A stretch of DNA of 64,000 bases from an uncultured Elusimicrobia bacterium (GTDB taxonomy: Bacteria > Elusimicrobiota > Elusimicrobia > UBA1565 > UBA9628). This document shows, in pieces, positions 27,924 through 37,949 of this stretch (position 1 is its first letter; every line of letters starts with the position of its first letter). Under the pieces are notes generated by a model, which was not told the DNA's origin, searched no databases, and saw only the letters and a program-made list of their open reading frames with translations. The position numbers and the translations under genes are program-made. The stretch covers positions 5,456 to 69,455 of the forward strand of contig CAZZGQ010000001.1 of the NCBI GenBank assembly GCA_964653765.1, given 5' to 3'.

Positions 27924-29039
27924 CTAGAACCTCCTCAGCGCGGCGAAAGACGCGTACGCGAAGGCGGCGGCGACGGGCAGCGTCACGACCCATGCCAGCG
28001 CCATGTCGCGGATCGTCTTCCAGCGGAGGCTTCCGCCGCCCTCCGAAAGGCCGATCCCGACGATCGCTCCGGTGGAGACATGCGTCGTCGAGACGGGCAC
28101 CCCGAAGCGCGAGGCGACGGCGACAAGAAACGAGGTGACGAGATTGGCCGCGAAGCCGTCCTCCGGCTCGATGCGCGTGACCTTGTTGGCGAGGGTCTCG
28201 GTGACGCGCAGCCCACCGAGGAAGCTTCCCAGGCCCATAGCAGCCGCCACGAGGACGTAAAACCTCAGTCCCCCGTATCCTCCGGCCGCGGCGACGGCGA
28301 CTCCGAGGGCCAGGATCTTCGGCGTGTCGTTCAGGCCGCGCGCGAAGCTCGTCAGGCCCGAGGTCAGCCAGTGCATGCCGTCGATCAGGCGGATGCCGGA
28401 GACGACGCCGGCCGACGGCCGGCAAGCTTCGACGCGGTCGACGACGAGTCCCGGTTGGGCGTCATCCATAGCCACCGCGGCCGCGCCCGGCGCGCTCGTC
28501 AGCGAGAGCTTGAGCGCCGGCCGCACTTGCGCGCAGACGCAGTAGCCTTGGCAGACCGACAGCGCGCGGCGCATGCCGCGGTAGACGACGAGCGTCAGGA
28601 GGAGCGCCATGACGGGGCTGGCCAACAAGGGAAGCGCGAAGGTCTTGCCGAGCGCGGCCCACTTGAGCCCTCCTGCGCCCGCCGCGTAGAGGCCGGCCCC
28701 GAAAAGGGCCCCGGTCAGGGCATGCGTGGTCGAGACCGGAAGCCCCGTGGCGCTTGCGAAGGCGATCCACAGGAACGCCCCGATCGCCACGGCGATCAGG
28801 AACAGCGGGTCTTGCGTCGGCTGCACGAGCAGGCCCTTGCCGCTGAAGGCGGCCACGAGGCCCTGCGACGCGAAGGCCGCGGCGACGGCGCCCGCCACGG
28901 TCCAGAACGTCCCCCAGGCGACGGCCGCCCGAATGCGCGTAACCCCGCTGCCCACGAGAGTGGCGATTCCCTTGGAAACGTCGTTCGAGCCGTTGGCGAA
29001 GGCCAGGCCCAGCGTCAGCGCGACGAGTATCATGGTCAT
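27924..29039 (-). CDS. Inorganic phosphate transporter, PiT (PHO4) family
   Basis: ANGSNDVSKGIATLVGSG and a second GANDVANAIG-like repeat. 371 aa, ~10 TM. Confidence 0.8.
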   Translation of the reverse strand: MTMILVALTLGLAFANGSNDVSKGIATLVGSGVTRIRAAVAWGTFWTVAGAVAAAFASQGLVAAFSGKGLLVQPTQDPLFLIAVAIGAFLWIAFASATGLPVSTTHALTGALFGAGLYAAGAGGLKWAALGKTFALPLLASPVMALLLTLVVYRGMRRALSVCQGYCVCAQVRPALKLSLTSAPGAAAVAMDDAQPGLVVDRVEACRPSAGVVSGIRLIDGMHWLTSGLTSFARGLNDTPKILALGVAVAAAGGYGGLRFYVLVAAAMGLGSFLGGLRVTETLANKVTRIEPEDGFAANLVTSFLVAVASRFGVPVSTTHVSTGAIVGIGLSEGGGSLRWKTIRDMALAWVVTLPVAAAFAYASFAALRRF

Positions 29040-29099
29040 GCCCTATGTGCCTCAAGGCGCTCAAACGTTACAGCGGATTCGTTCCAGAGCGCGGGTTGC

Positions 29100-30509
29100 T
29101 TACTCCACGCAGCAGCTCATGTGGCGCACGTCGCGCTTAAAGGCTTGCGCGGCGATCTTGACGACCTCGGAGTAGGTCGGAAAAACGTGGACCAGGTCGA
29201 TGAGGTCGGAGGCCTTGAGGCCGTGCTGGATGGCGAGGGCCGGCTCATGGATGAGCTCGGCGGCGTTGGGCGAGATGACGTGAAAGCCCAGGACCTTGCC
29301 GTCCTTGGGATGGATCACCATCTTCGCGTAGCCGCGCAGCTCGTTGGTGATAGCGGCCTTGGACACGTACTTGAGCTCGACGCCGCGGCAGTCGCAAGCG
29401 CCGAAGCGCTCGATCGCCTGGGCCTCCGTGAGTCCGACCACGGCGATCTGCGGATCGGTGAAGACGGCGGCCGGCACGGCCTCGTAGTTGATCGTGAGCT
29501 TCTGGCCGCCCAACGCGTTCTTGACGGCGTTGGCGCCCTCGCGCGCGCCGACGGTCTCGAGCCACGGCGGCCCGGCCACGTCTCCGGCCGCGTAGACGTT
29601 GCCCGCGCGGGTGCGCAGGGTCTCGTCGACCTCGACGAAGCCGTTCTTGTCCGCCTTGAGGCCCACGGAGGACAGGTTCAGGTCCTCGGAGTTTCCTTTG
29701 ACCCCGACGGCGACAAACAGCTTCTCGGCGCGGAACTCGCGCGGCTTGCCGTCCACCTCCCCGGCCAAGACGACCTCCCGCCCTTCCTGACGGACGGCCT
29801 TGGGGGTCATCTTGGCGCACAGCTCGATGCCGTCTTCCTTAAAGACGTCCTCGATCACGCGCGAGACCTCTGGCTCGGTGAGCGAAAACGGCCGGTCGAG
29901 AGCCTCGACGCAGGCGATCTTCGTGCCGAAGCGGGCGAACATCTGGGCGACCTCGAGGCCGGTCGGCCCGGCGCCGATAACGATCATGCTCTTCGGCATT
30001 TCCCTCAAATCGAAGGCCGCGATGTTGTCGAGCACCGAGCCGGGCGCCAACGTCTCCAGCCCGGGCAGGAGCAACGGCTTGTTCGAGGAACCCGTGGCGA
30101 GGAGCACGTATTCGGCCTCGAAGAGCCGGTTGTCCGCCCGGATCCGCCCGGGGCCGTCCAGGCGCGCTCTCTTCTCGACGAGCTCTACGTGCTTGAAGCC
30201 GCGCATGATCTTCTCGTATTTGGCCTCGCGGCTAGCGTGGACGATCTCTTCCTTTTCGGCGATAGCCTCGGGAAACGAGAACTCCGGTGCCCGGCACTTG
30301 ATGGCCCGGAAGCGCGGCTTGAGGACGCGCCGGCGGTCAAAGCCCGCCTCCAGCAGGACTTTGCTCGGCACGCAGCCCACGTTGACGCAGGTCCCGCCCA
30401 GCGGCAGGCCTTTGTTGAAGACGACGGTCTTCGAGCCAAGCTCGTCGGCCGCCGCGGCGGCCGCGAACGCCGCGCCCCCTCCCCCGATGATGGCCAAGTC
30501 GTAGCTCAA
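29100..30509 (-). CDS. merA: Mercuric reductase MerA (core enzyme without N-terminal HMA domain)
   Basis: TTG start 5 nt after GAGGAGGGA. FAD site LGGTCVNVGCVPSK. C-terminal Cys pair ...RHMSCCVE. Start overlaps the stop of the upstream small mer transport gene. Confidence 0.8.
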   Translation of the reverse strand: MSYDLAIIGGGGAAFAAAAAADELGSKTVVFNKGLPLGGTCVNVGCVPSKVLLEAGFDRRRVLKPRFRAIKCRAPEFSFPEAIAEKEEIVHASREAKYEKIMRGFKHVELVEKRARLDGPGRIRADNRLFEAEYVLLATGSSNKPLLLPGLETLAPGSVLDNIAAFDLREMPKSMIVIGAGPTGLEVAQMFARFGTKIACVEALDRPFSLTEPEVSRVIEDVFKEDGIELCAKMTPKAVRQEGREVVLAGEVDGKPREFRAEKLFVAVGVKGNSEDLNLSSVGLKADKNGFVEVDETLRTRAGNVYAAGDVAGPPWLETVGAREGANAVKNALGGQKLTINYEAVPAAVFTDPQIAVVGLTEAQAIERFGACDCRGVELKYVSKAAITNELRGYAKMVIHPKDGKVLGFHVISPNAAELIHEPALAIQHGLKASDLIDLVHVFPTYSEVVKIAAQAFKRDVRHMSCCVE

Positions 30510-30709
30510 GGCTCCCTCCTCGTCCAGAGCCAAAACGCCAGGATCACGAGCCCGAACAGAACGGCGCCGATCCACCAGCGTCCGCTGGCCAATCCCGCCG
30601 CTCCTCCCGCGAGCAGCGCGGGAAAGAAGGCGCAGCAGATGACGCCCACAATGGCGATCACACCCGCCGCGATCGCGGCGAAAACGCCCAGCTTGCGCCC
30701 ATCGGCCAT
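30506..30709 (-). CDS. Small two-TM mercury-transport-like protein (MerF/MerT-like CC motif)
   Basis: 67 aa. TM1 IVGVICCAFFPALL (vicinal Cys + Pro) then a second TM. RBS CAGGAGGA. Divergent from merR. Confidence 0.5.
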   Translation of the reverse strand: MADGRKLGVFAAIAAGVIAIVGVICCAFFPALLAGGAAGLASGRWWIGAVLFGLVILAFWLWTRREP

Positions 30710-30809
30710 GAGTCCTCCTGTAGCGCCAGTTTATAGCCTGTACCACGGTCCAAGGTCGGTAGCGGACGAGTCTCCCCTCCGTCACGTCCTCGCGACGGGC
30801 GCAAAGGTC

Positions 30810-30842
30810 TTGACTCTATACCTGGGTATAGGCTGTAACATG
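30810..30842 (+). promoter_or_regulatory. MerR-type promoter: TTGACT - 19-bp spacer containing dyad CTATACC-tg-GGTATAG - GTAACA, ending at the merR start
   Basis: Seen in sequence. A 19-bp spacer with a centred dyad is the hallmark of MerR-family-regulated promoters. Confidence 0.55.
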
Positions 30843-31259
30843 AGGATGAACATGAACGAGAGTGTGACGATCGGAAGCGTGGCAAAGGCGGCGGGCGTGA
30901 ACATACAAACGGTGCGCTATTACGAGCGCCGGCGCCTGCTCGAGCCGGCGAGGCGCCTTGATTCCGGCTATCGCCTCTATTCCGGAGAGGCGGTGCGAAA
31001 GCTGCGCTTCATCAAGAACGCGCAGGCGCTGGGATTTTCTCTCGAGGAGATCCGCTCGCTGCTGCGGCTGCGCAGCGGCGGCCCGGCGTCGTGCGAGCGG
31101 GTCCGGCGCAGGGCGGCCAAGCATGCGGCGGACGTGCGCGAACGCATCGCGCGTCTGCGCGGCATGGAGCGGGTGCTCCGGCAGTTGATTCGGACCTGCC
31201 AGACGCGCGGCCGGACGGACGAGTGCCCGATCCTGAAGAGTCTCGAGGGAGAGAAATGA
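30840..31259 (+). CDS. merR: MerR-family Hg(II)-responsive transcriptional regulator
   Basis: TIGSVAKAAGVNIQTVRYYERRRLLEP HTH. Cys residues at MerR-like positions (CERV, CQTRGRTDECP). Three possible ATGs at 30840, 30846 and 30852. Confidence 0.85.
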   Translation: MRMNMNESVTIGSVAKAAGVNIQTVRYYERRRLLEPARRLDSGYRLYSGEAVRKLRFIKNAQALGFSLEEIRSLLRLRSGGPASCERVRRRAAKHAADVRERIARLRGMERVLRQLIRTCQTRGRTDECPILKSLEGEK

Positions 31260-31858
31260 ACAAGAACAGAATCCTCGGCCTATCCGCGGTGCTGTCCGCG
31301 GGGTTAGCCTCCATATGCTGCGTCGGGCCGCTGCTGGTCACGGCGCTGGGCTTAGGCAGCCTGCGTCTGGCGGCGGGTCTAGCCCGGTACCGGAGCTATT
31401 TCCTGGCGCTGACCGGCGCGATCTTGGCGGCGGGCTTTTACTTCGCCTATCGCAAACGTCCGGTGCAATGCGCGGATGGAAGCTGCCGGGTAGCCTCGGC
31501 GAGCCGCGTGGCGAAGGCGGGCCTGTGGCTGGCGACAGCCTTGGCCGCCGCCGTCGCGACGTTCCCGAACTGGTCGGCCCTCGCGCTGAGGAAAAGCGGG
31601 CCGGTGATCCCGGCGGGCGCTCAGGTCCTGACGCTCAATGTCTCCGGAATGGACTGCGCCGCTTGCGCCCCGGGCATCGAGAAGTCGGTCGAGAGAGTTC
31701 CAGGCGTGCTCTCGGCGCGCGTGGATTTCGAGCACGCCCGGGCAACGGTCGTCACCGACGGCAAGGCCGATCCCCGAGCGGTCGTCGCGTCGGTCAAATC
31801 GGCGGGTTATCAGGCGACCGTCGTCGGACTGGGTGCAAATGGAAAACCCCGCTCTTGA
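31256..31858 (+). CDS. merT: MerT-MerP fusion (mercuric transport protein with C-terminal HMA domain)
   Basis: ATGA overlap with the merR stop. TM1 SICCVGPLLVTALG (MerT). C-terminal GMDCAACAPGIEKSVERVPGV (GMxCxxC HMA). Confidence 0.8.
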   Translation: MNKNRILGLSAVLSAGLASICCVGPLLVTALGLGSLRLAAGLARYRSYFLALTGAILAAGFYFAYRKRPVQCADGSCRVASASRVAKAGLWLATALAAAVATFPNWSALALRKSGPVIPAGAQVLTLNVSGMDCAACAPGIEKSVERVPGVLSARVDFEHARATVVTDGKADPRAVVASVKSAGYQATVVGLGANGKPRS

Positions 31859-32333
31859 CCACGAGGCGTGTTGCAAGACCGTCGGCGGGGCTTGCCGGGC
31901 GCAGACCGGAATAGACACCTGCCCCCGTTGCGGGAAACAGGGCCGCAAGGTCGGCGGCGTCACTTTGGATCACCATCTGTCCCCTGCCGCGCGAGCCCGC
32001 TTCGGGCAACTCGCTGGATTCTGTCCAAATCCCAAATGCGCGGTCGTCTACTTCGACGGTAAGGCTGTCGCCTTGAGAGGCGAGACCGTGCTGCCCGTCA
32101 CCCAGAAGGACTCCAGCGACGACGTCCACGTCTGCTACTGCTTCAACTTCAAGCGTTCGGATATCCGGCGCGACCTCGTCCAGAAGGGAAGCACCGACAT
32201 CCCGCAGCAGGTCAAGAAAGGCATCGCCGAGGGCCGCTGCGACTGCGAGCGCAAGAATCCCCAGGGGGCCTGCTGCCTCGGGAACATCGCCGCGGCCGTC
32301 AAGGCCATTCAAGCGGAGGCACGCCGAAAATGA
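31839..32333 (+). CDS. Cys-rich metal-binding protein: N-terminal zinc-ribbon-like CxxC...CxxxxC plus C-terminal BFD-like [2Fe-2S]-type Cys motif
   Basis: 14 Cys in 164 aa: CCKTVGGAC, CPRCGKQG, FCPNPKC, VCYCFNFKRSDIRRDL...RCDCERKNPQGACCLGN. Overlaps the merTP 3' end by 20 nt. Confidence 0.5.
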   Translation: MENPALDHEACCKTVGGACRAQTGIDTCPRCGKQGRKVGGVTLDHHLSPAARARFGQLAGFCPNPKCAVVYFDGKAVALRGETVLPVTQKDSSDDVHVCYCFNFKRSDIRRDLVQKGSTDIPQQVKKGIAEGRCDCERKNPQGACCLGNIAAAVKAIQAEARRK

Positions 32334-32396
32334 GAGGCGGCTGGGTCCTGGCGGTGCTCTCGCTCCTTATCATGCTGCTCTGCTGTCTGAGGGACC

Positions 32397-32921
32397 TCAG
32401 TAGACGATGATCCGGTCGGCCGAATCGAACAATTCGACCATCTTCTTCAACGGCAGTGGCGTCACGGCCGGAGCCACCTTGGCCGGATCGATCTTGTAGA
32501 GCAGCATCATCGTCTTGTTCCCGTAGATCTCGACGCCTTTGCCCTTCAAGAAGTCGAGGTACTCGCCATAGTCATGCGGGACTTGCTCGAGCGGCAGCCC
32601 CATCTGCTCCGCGAGGCTCTGCCGCTCCCGGTCCGGGAGCTTCGCCCGGTCCATCGCGTCGGTCTTCGAGCGCTTGTGAAGAAGCCCGTATCCCCGTGTC
32701 ACGGAGGTGACCGCGCTCGCGTCGAAGAGTATCGTGACCTTATGACCGCTGGCGAGCTCCGCGAGGGCCACGTTGGGCGCGGCGCAAATCTGGGCGTCGT
32801 CCTTCGACAGAGCGGTCTTGACGTGGATCAATATTCGTTTGTCGTTCGATTGCGCCACGGCGGCGCCTCCCGTGGACAGAATGAATGCAGCCAACGGTAT
32901 CGCGATCCAGGGTTTTTGCAT
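32397..32921 (-). CDS. Periplasmic DsrE/DsrF-like family protein
   Basis: Signal peptide MQKPWIAIPLAAFILSTGGAAVA. ILIHVKT... DsrE-like fold signature. Expressed from a MerR-type promoter. Confidence 0.4.
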   Translation of the reverse strand: MQKPWIAIPLAAFILSTGGAAVAQSNDKRILIHVKTALSKDDAQICAAPNVALAELASGHKVTILFDASAVTSVTRGYGLLHKRSKTDAMDRAKLPDRERQSLAEQMGLPLEQVPHDYGEYLDFLKGKGVEIYGNKTMMLLYKIDPAKVAPAVTPLPLKKMVELFDSADRIIVY

Positions 32922-32924
32922 AGC

Positions 32925-33016
32925 GCACAGTTTACACCGAGGACCATGGTATAGAGTCAAGTAAAAATCTCGTGATCATGCCCTTGACTCTATACTTAGG
33001 TATAGGCTGTATTATT
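32925..33016. promoter_or_regulatory. Divergent pair of MerR-type promoters sharing the CTATACC half-site
   Basis: Plus strand 32982-33016: TTGACT-ctatacttaggtataggct-GTATTA, with dyad CTATAC-ttag-GTATAG. Minus strand 32960-32925: TTGACT-ctataccatggtcctcggt-GTAAAC. Same -35/operator as the merR promoter at 30810. Confidence 0.5.
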
Positions 33017-33021
33017 GAAGT

Positions 33022-33696
33022 ATGAAGATACAGTTGCTTTGTTTCGAAGGCTGCCCGAACATGGAGACAGCCCGCGCGAATCTGCGGGCGGCATTGGCGA
33101 GAGTTGGACTCGCCGCGCGCTGGGAGGAGGTCGACCTGCGCTCGGCCGGCTGTCCGGCACGATTGCGGGGATTCCCCTCCCCCACCGTGCTCGTTGACGG
33201 CGCAGATGTCTTCACCGGCGCGAAAGAGCAGCCGGGTCAGAGCGCGTGCCGCTTCGGGGGAGCGCCGGGCGTCGGGCCGATCGCGGCGGCGCTCAAGGCC
33301 CGTTCTTGGTCCTCGATGCTCGCCCCGCTTCCGGCCGCGCTGGCCGGTCTTCTGCCCGCCACGTTCTGCCCCGCCTGCTATCCGGCTCTGGGCGGACTGC
33401 TCGGCGCGATCGGGTTAGGCGCCTATGCCGAGCGGCTGCTCGCGCCGCTGACTCTCGTCCTGCTCGCCGCGGCGTTGGTCGGCCTCGGGTTTGAAGGACG
33501 GCGCGGCGGCGACTATCGCCCTCTGGCGCTCGGCGGGTTTGGCGCGGCAGCCATGTACGCGGGCCAGTTCCTGATCGCGTCGGCGCTCGTCAAGTTCGCC
33601 GGCATCGCGGTGCTTTTGGCGGCGTCGTTCTGGAACGTTTTCCCGCGCCTCAAGCGAAGCCGCGACAGCTGCCCCGCTTGCGCGGAAGGGAGGTGA
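33022..33696 (+). CDS. merC: Thioredoxin-like domain fused to MerC-type mercury transporter
   Basis: N-terminus LLCFEGCPN...PTVLVDGADV (Trx-like). C-terminus TFCPACYPALGGLLGAIGLGAY matches MerC MGCAACFPALASFGAAIGLGFL. A second CPAC lies near the C-terminus. Confidence 0.6.
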   Translation: MKIQLLCFEGCPNMETARANLRAALARVGLAARWEEVDLRSAGCPARLRGFPSPTVLVDGADVFTGAKEQPGQSACRFGGAPGVGPIAAALKARSWSSMLAPLPAALAGLLPATFCPACYPALGGLLGAIGLGAYAERLLAPLTLVLLAAALVGLGFEGRRGGDYRPLALGGFGAAAMYAGQFLIASALVKFAGIAVLLAASFWNVFPRLKRSRDSCPACAEGR

Positions 33697-33700
33697 CGCG

Positions 33701-33976
33701 ATGGCGAAGCGAACGGTGGAAGTGTTCACGGCCGGCTGTCCCGTGTGTGAGGACGCCGTCAAAAAGGTCAACTCGCTCGCGTGCCCGGACTGCGAGGTCA
33801 AGATATACGACCTCAACCGGGGTTGCGCGACCAACGAGTGCCGCGAGAGGGGCGAGAAGTACGGCGTCAAGCGCCTTCCGGCGGTGGCGGTCGACGGCAA
33901 GCTGCTCGACTGCTGCAGCCAGGGTGGCGTGGACGTCAAGAAGCTGCAGGCGGCCGGCGTGGGCAGGAGGGCGTGA
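33701..33976 (+). CDS. Small thioredoxin/glutaredoxin-like protein (CPVC active site, additional CC pair)
   Basis: [18 protein letters not shown]...[16 protein letters not shown], Thioredoxin_3-like. Confidence 0.5.
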   Translation: MAKRTVEVFTAGCPVCEDAVKKVNSLACPDCEVKIYDLNRGCATNECRERGEKYGVKRLPAVAVDGKLLDCCSQGGVDVKKLQAAGVGRRA

Positions 33977-34053
33977 AGCGCGGCCCGGCGAAAGCCGGGC
34001 CGCCGAATTGTGACGAGGCCGGCACGCGTTCGCCGTCGCCGCGCTCTGGGGAA

Positions 34054-36351
34054 ATGACTTCAATGGGCGGAGTGATTGGACAATTGGCCAAGGACCCCGT
34101 GTGCGGGATGAACGTTGATCCGAAGACGACACCCTATCGGCTCGCGCACGGCGGCTCCGATTGCTACTTCTGCGGGAAGCGCTGTCTGGAACGCTTCCAA
34201 GCGGCTCCGGAGCGGTTCCTAACTGCACGCCCGGCAGAGCCACGAGTGGGCGGCGAATACACGTGCCCGATGCATCCCGAGGTCCGTCAGCAAGGCCCCG
34301 GCGCCTGCTCGCTTTGCGGCATGGCCCTCGAACCGCTCGAAGTCTCGGTCGAGGAGCCGGAGAACGCCGAACTGGCCGACATGCGCCGGCGCTTCTTCGT
34401 CAGCGCCGCTCTCACGGTGCCGCTCGTCGGGCTCGCCATGGCGGACATGGCGACGCGCTTGCCGCTTTCGGCGCGGCCGCGCTCGATCATAGAGCTGGCG
34501 CTCGCGTCTCCGGTGGTGCTCTGGGGCGGAAAGCCCTTCTTCGAGCGCGGCTGGGCATCCGTCGTCACCCGTCATCTCAACATGTTCACGCTGATCGCGA
34601 TGGGCACCGCCGCCGCCTACCTGTTCAGCCTGGGAGCCGTCATCGCGCCGAGCCTGTTTCCCCCCTCCTTCCGCACGGCCGAAGGCCAGGTGCCGGTCTA
34701 CTTCGAGGCCGCAGCCGTCATCACGACGCTCGTGCTCTTGGGCCAGGTCCTCGAGATCAAGGCGCGCAGCAGGACGACGAGCGCCATCCGCTCGCTGCTT
34801 GGCATGGCGCCGAAGACGGCGCGCCTGGTCGAGGCCCAGGGCGAGCGCAACGTGCCGCTCGCCGAGGTCGTCAAGGGCCAGACGCTGCGGGTTCGGCCGG
34901 GTGAGCGCGTCCCGGTCGACGGCTGCATCATCGAAGGGCGCAGCTCCATCGACGAGTCGATGATCACGGGCGAGCCGATACCAGCCGAGCACGGCCAAGG
35001 AGAGCAGGTCAAGGCTGGGACGATCAACGGGACGGGGAGCTTCCTCATGCGCGCCGAGAACGTGGGCAGCGAGACGCTGCTCGCCCACATCGTGCGAATG
35101 GTGGGCGAAGCGCAGCGCTCCCGCGCACCGATCCAGAGGCTAGCCGACGTCGCGGCGTCGTACTTCGTGCCGGCGGTGGTCGCTGTGGCCGCTGCCGCTT
35201 TCATCGGCTGGACGCTCTTCGGCCCCGCGCCCAAGGCGCTTCACGGCCTGGTCTCGGCCGTCGCCGTCCTTCTCATCGCCTGCCCGTGCGCGCTAGGATT
35301 GGCCACGCCCATGTCCATCATGGTCGGCACGGGCCTTGGAGCCACGCGAGGCATCCTCATCAAGGACGCCGAAGCCCTCGAGACCTTCGGCCGCATCGAC
35401 ACGCTCGTCATCGACAAGACCGGAACGCTGACCGAAGGCAAGCCCCGGCTGACCGCCGTATCCCCGATCTCGCCGTTCACCGACGACGAGGCCCTGCGCG
35501 CGGCGGCAAGCCTCGAGCGTTACAGCGAGCATCCCCTCGGCCAAGCGATTGCTGCGGAAGCCGAGCGGCGAAAGCTCAGGCCGGGCTCCGTTGAAGGCTT
35601 CGAGTCCCGAACGGGCCTGGGCATCACCGGCCGTCTCGACGGTCGGCGCGTCGCGGTCGGAAGCCCGGCGCTCATGCGCGAGCTCCGAGTGGACGACCGC
35701 GCGATGGCCGACGCGGCGGCCAAGCTGCGGGCCGAAGGCCAGACCGCGCTTTTCGTCGCCGTGGACGGACAGCCCGCCGGCGTGCTCGGCGTCTCCGACC
35801 CTGTCAAGGAGAGCAGCGCGGAGGCGATCGCCGCTCTGCACCGCGAGGGCGTCCGCGTCATCATGATGACCGGCGATCATCCCGCGAGCGCCGAAGCGGT
35901 GGCCAAGCGCCTCGGCATCGACGACGTGCATGCCGAGGTGCTGCCGCAGGACAAGGCGCGCGTCGTCCAAGAGCTTCAGCGCCAGGGCCGCAAGGTCGCC
36001 ATGGCCGGCGACGGGATCAACGACGCGCCCGCGCTCTCCCAGGCCGACGTGGGCGTCGCCATGGGTACGGGCACCGATGTGGCCATCGAGAGCGCGGGGA
36101 TCACGCTCGTCAAAGGCGACCTGCGGGCGCTGTCGCGCGCGCGCCGGCTTAGCCGCGCGACGCTCAGAAACATCAAGCAGAACCTGTTCTTGGCCTTCGT
36201 CTACAACGGCCTCGGCATCCCCATCGCGGCGGGGGCGCTTTATCCGGTCTTCGGTATCCTGCTCAGCCCAATGATCGCGGCCGCGGCCATGACCTTCAGT
36301 TCCTTGTCTGTCGTGGGAAACGCTCTCAGGCTGCGGAGGCTCGCCCTATAG
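34054..36351 (+). CDS. P1B-type heavy-metal-translocating ATPase with N-terminal YHS/TRASH-like Cys domains (CPC transmembrane motif)
   Basis: DPVCGMNVD...YFCGKRC, CPMHPE, CSLCGM. TM6 [29 protein letters not shown]. 765 aa. Confidence 0.9.
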   Translation: MTSMGGVIGQLAKDPVCGMNVDPKTTPYRLAHGGSDCYFCGKRCLERFQAAPERFLTARPAEPRVGGEYTCPMHPEVRQQGPGACSLCGMALEPLEVSVEEPENAELADMRRRFFVSAALTVPLVGLAMADMATRLPLSARPRSIIELALASPVVLWGGKPFFERGWASVVTRHLNMFTLIAMGTAAAYLFSLGAVIAPSLFPPSFRTAEGQVPVYFEAAAVITTLVLLGQVLEIKARSRTTSAIRSLLGMAPKTARLVEAQGERNVPLAEVVKGQTLRVRPGERVPVDGCIIEGRSSIDESMITGEPIPAEHGQGEQVKAGTINGTGSFLMRAENVGSETLLAHIVRMVGEAQRSRAPIQRLADVAASYFVPAVVAVAAAAFIGWTLFGPAPKALHGLVSAVAVLLIACPCALGLATPMSIMVGTGLGATRGILIKDAEALETFGRIDTLVIDKTGTLTEGKPRLTAVSPISPFTDDEALRAAASLERYSEHPLGQAIAAEAERRKLRPGSVEGFESRTGLGITGRLDGRRVAVGSPALMRELRVDDRAMADAAAKLRAEGQTALFVAVDGQPAGVLGVSDPVKESSAEAIAALHREGVRVIMMTGDHPASAEAVAKRLGIDDVHAEVLPQDKARVVQELQRQGRKVAMAGDGINDAPALSQADVGVAMGTGTDVAIESAGITLVKGDLRALSRARRLSRATLRNIKQNLFLAFVYNGLGIPIAAGALYPVFGILLSPMIAAAAMTFSSLSVVGNALRLRRLAL

Positions 36352-36379
36352 GCGCTCCGTAGCGGCCGAACCGAGAACA

Positions 36380-36445
36380 GTGGACACTGCCGCTTCGTGG
36401 ACAGCGCCGCTGCGCTTGGACGGCTCTTCGACCCGTGCGCCGGCA
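36380..36445 (+). repeat. ~65-bp fragment of the 5' end of the ~500-bp repeated element (copy D)
   Basis: Matches GTGGACAGCGCCGCTGCGCTTGGACGGCTCTTCGACCCG of copy B (39323-39375). Confidence 0.6.
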
Positions 36446-36567
36446 CCTTCGACGGCATCATCCTCACCGGGATACTGGCCGCCTACCTCGCTTAGCTCTA
36501 GCTTCGGCGACCGACGCTCAGGACCGCATCGGAAGCCCGCACCAAGCACGCGCGCCGTGCGAAAAAC

Positions 36568-36774
36568 CTACGCGTTCTTATGCCGCCCGTCCTCCATCAC
36601 CGGCTCCGTGTTCATTCCGCCGCAATCTGGGCACTCTTGAGGGATCGGCTTAGGATTCTTGAGCTTGCCGGTAGCTGGGTCGATATCGCCCACCTCGGCG
36701 AATGTAGCGTCCTCCGGCAAATCACTGAACTCCAGCTCGCAGTCGCGACAGCGGTACATCTTCAATATCCCCAT
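36568..36774 (-). CDS. FmdB-family zinc-ribbon protein
   Basis: MYRCRDCELEFSDL...ECPDCGG shows FmdB-like CxxC...CxxC spacing. Confidence 0.45.
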   Translation of the reverse strand: MGILKMYRCRDCELEFSDLPEDATFAEVGDIDPATGKLKNPKPIPQECPDCGGMNTEPVMEDGRHKNA

Positions 36775-36983
36775 GACGCCTCCCACGTCCCGCCTCCGAT
36801 GGCCAAGGATGGGGCAGCCTGAGACAAATTTCAAGCCCGCGCGCCGGCTTCTCATGGAACCAATCGGCATCTCGATCGTAGACGAGAAGACGATTTACGT
36901 TCTACGTCACGCTCGATCCGGCGAACGATCGCAACGCTGCCGTCGCTCCAAGGCCGCGGCATTTGTCAGACTCTTGTGCGCCA

Positions 36984-37832
36984 ATGCTCCGAATCTGTCC
37001 CGGCCTTCTACTTCTTGTCATCTTCTCAGGCTGCGCCTCATGGCGGAAGCACGGCGTACGCGTCCCCCCACCTCAGAAACTGAGGGTGGCGATCCTTCCC
37101 CTGGACCTCGATTTCAAGGTGAAGAGCCCAGCGGACCTGGAGACGGTCGTCTCTTCCGGGACCGTCGCGAAGTCGGAACAGAAGCGGCAGGCGGATGCAA
37201 TCAAGGCGCGGCTCAAAGAAGAGCTTGCGGCGGCATTCGAGCTGCGGGTGTCGTCGAGCTATATCCTCAGCCCGATCTCCCACGTCGACGTTGAAAGGGC
37301 CATGGTGGCGTTGAACATCAGCACGACTGCGGCGCTTTCCCCCACGCAGTATCAAGAGCTCGCCCGAAACCTGAATGCCGACGCTGTCTTGAGGGTCAAG
37401 GTTCATGGATACGGACGGATCAAGAAAAGCTGGCTGCTATTTCTCTGGGGGACCAGCTTCGTGGAAGGAGGGGCTCAGGGCGTGGTCGTCGCCGAGGCGG
37501 CGGCGAACGTCTGGGCGGCGGCCGCCGTCGCCGCCGAGGATGTCGTTCAAGAAGCGTTCGAGTGGTTCGGAGGCGGGTATTTGTTCAACCGCTATTATGC
37601 TCCCGTCATCATCGAGGGAGATCTCTACAGCGGGCGAACCGGCAAGAACATTTGGGGACGCTGGTTCGTCGTGACGAAGAACAAGAAGGCGGCCAAGAAG
37701 CTCTCGAAGGCCGAGCAAAAGAAGAGGGAGGTCCTGCTTTTCCTGACGTTTCAAAAGGCGCGCGATGAGATGATCAAGAAACTCGAGAAAACGGTGCTCA
37801 AGAACGAGGAAGTGGAGACGGGAAGTCAATGA
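36984..37832 (+). CDS. Hypothetical lipoprotein with Lys-rich C-terminal tail
   Basis: Lipobox LLVIFSGCAS. Confidence 0.45.
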   Translation: MLRICPGLLLLVIFSGCASWRKHGVRVPPPQKLRVAILPLDLDFKVKSPADLETVVSSGTVAKSEQKRQADAIKARLKEELAAAFELRVSSSYILSPISHVDVERAMVALNISTTAALSPTQYQELARNLNADAVLRVKVHGYGRIKKSWLLFLWGTSFVEGGAQGVVVAEAAANVWAAAAVAAEDVVQEAFEWFGGGYLFNRYYAPVIIEGDLYSGRTGKNIWGRWFVVTKNKKAAKKLSKAEQKKREVLLFLTFQKARDEMIKKLEKTVLKNEEVETGSQ

Positions 37833-37949
37833 GCGCCGCGCTCGTAAAGGCCCTGGTGGCGCTGGCGCAAGCCGGCTGCTTGTCTTGGGCTCGGCGCCGC
37901 GAATAGCAAGATACCGACAGGTCGTCTCCCGTCAACTTGAGCCGATCTC

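Noticed and set aside
28080-31259. 1059-aa plus-strand ORF spanning the PiT, merA and merF-like region
   Set aside because: Arg/Gly/Asp-rich low-complexity translation. It is antisense to three minus-strand genes with clear family signatures. Only its last ~140 codons (merR) are real.
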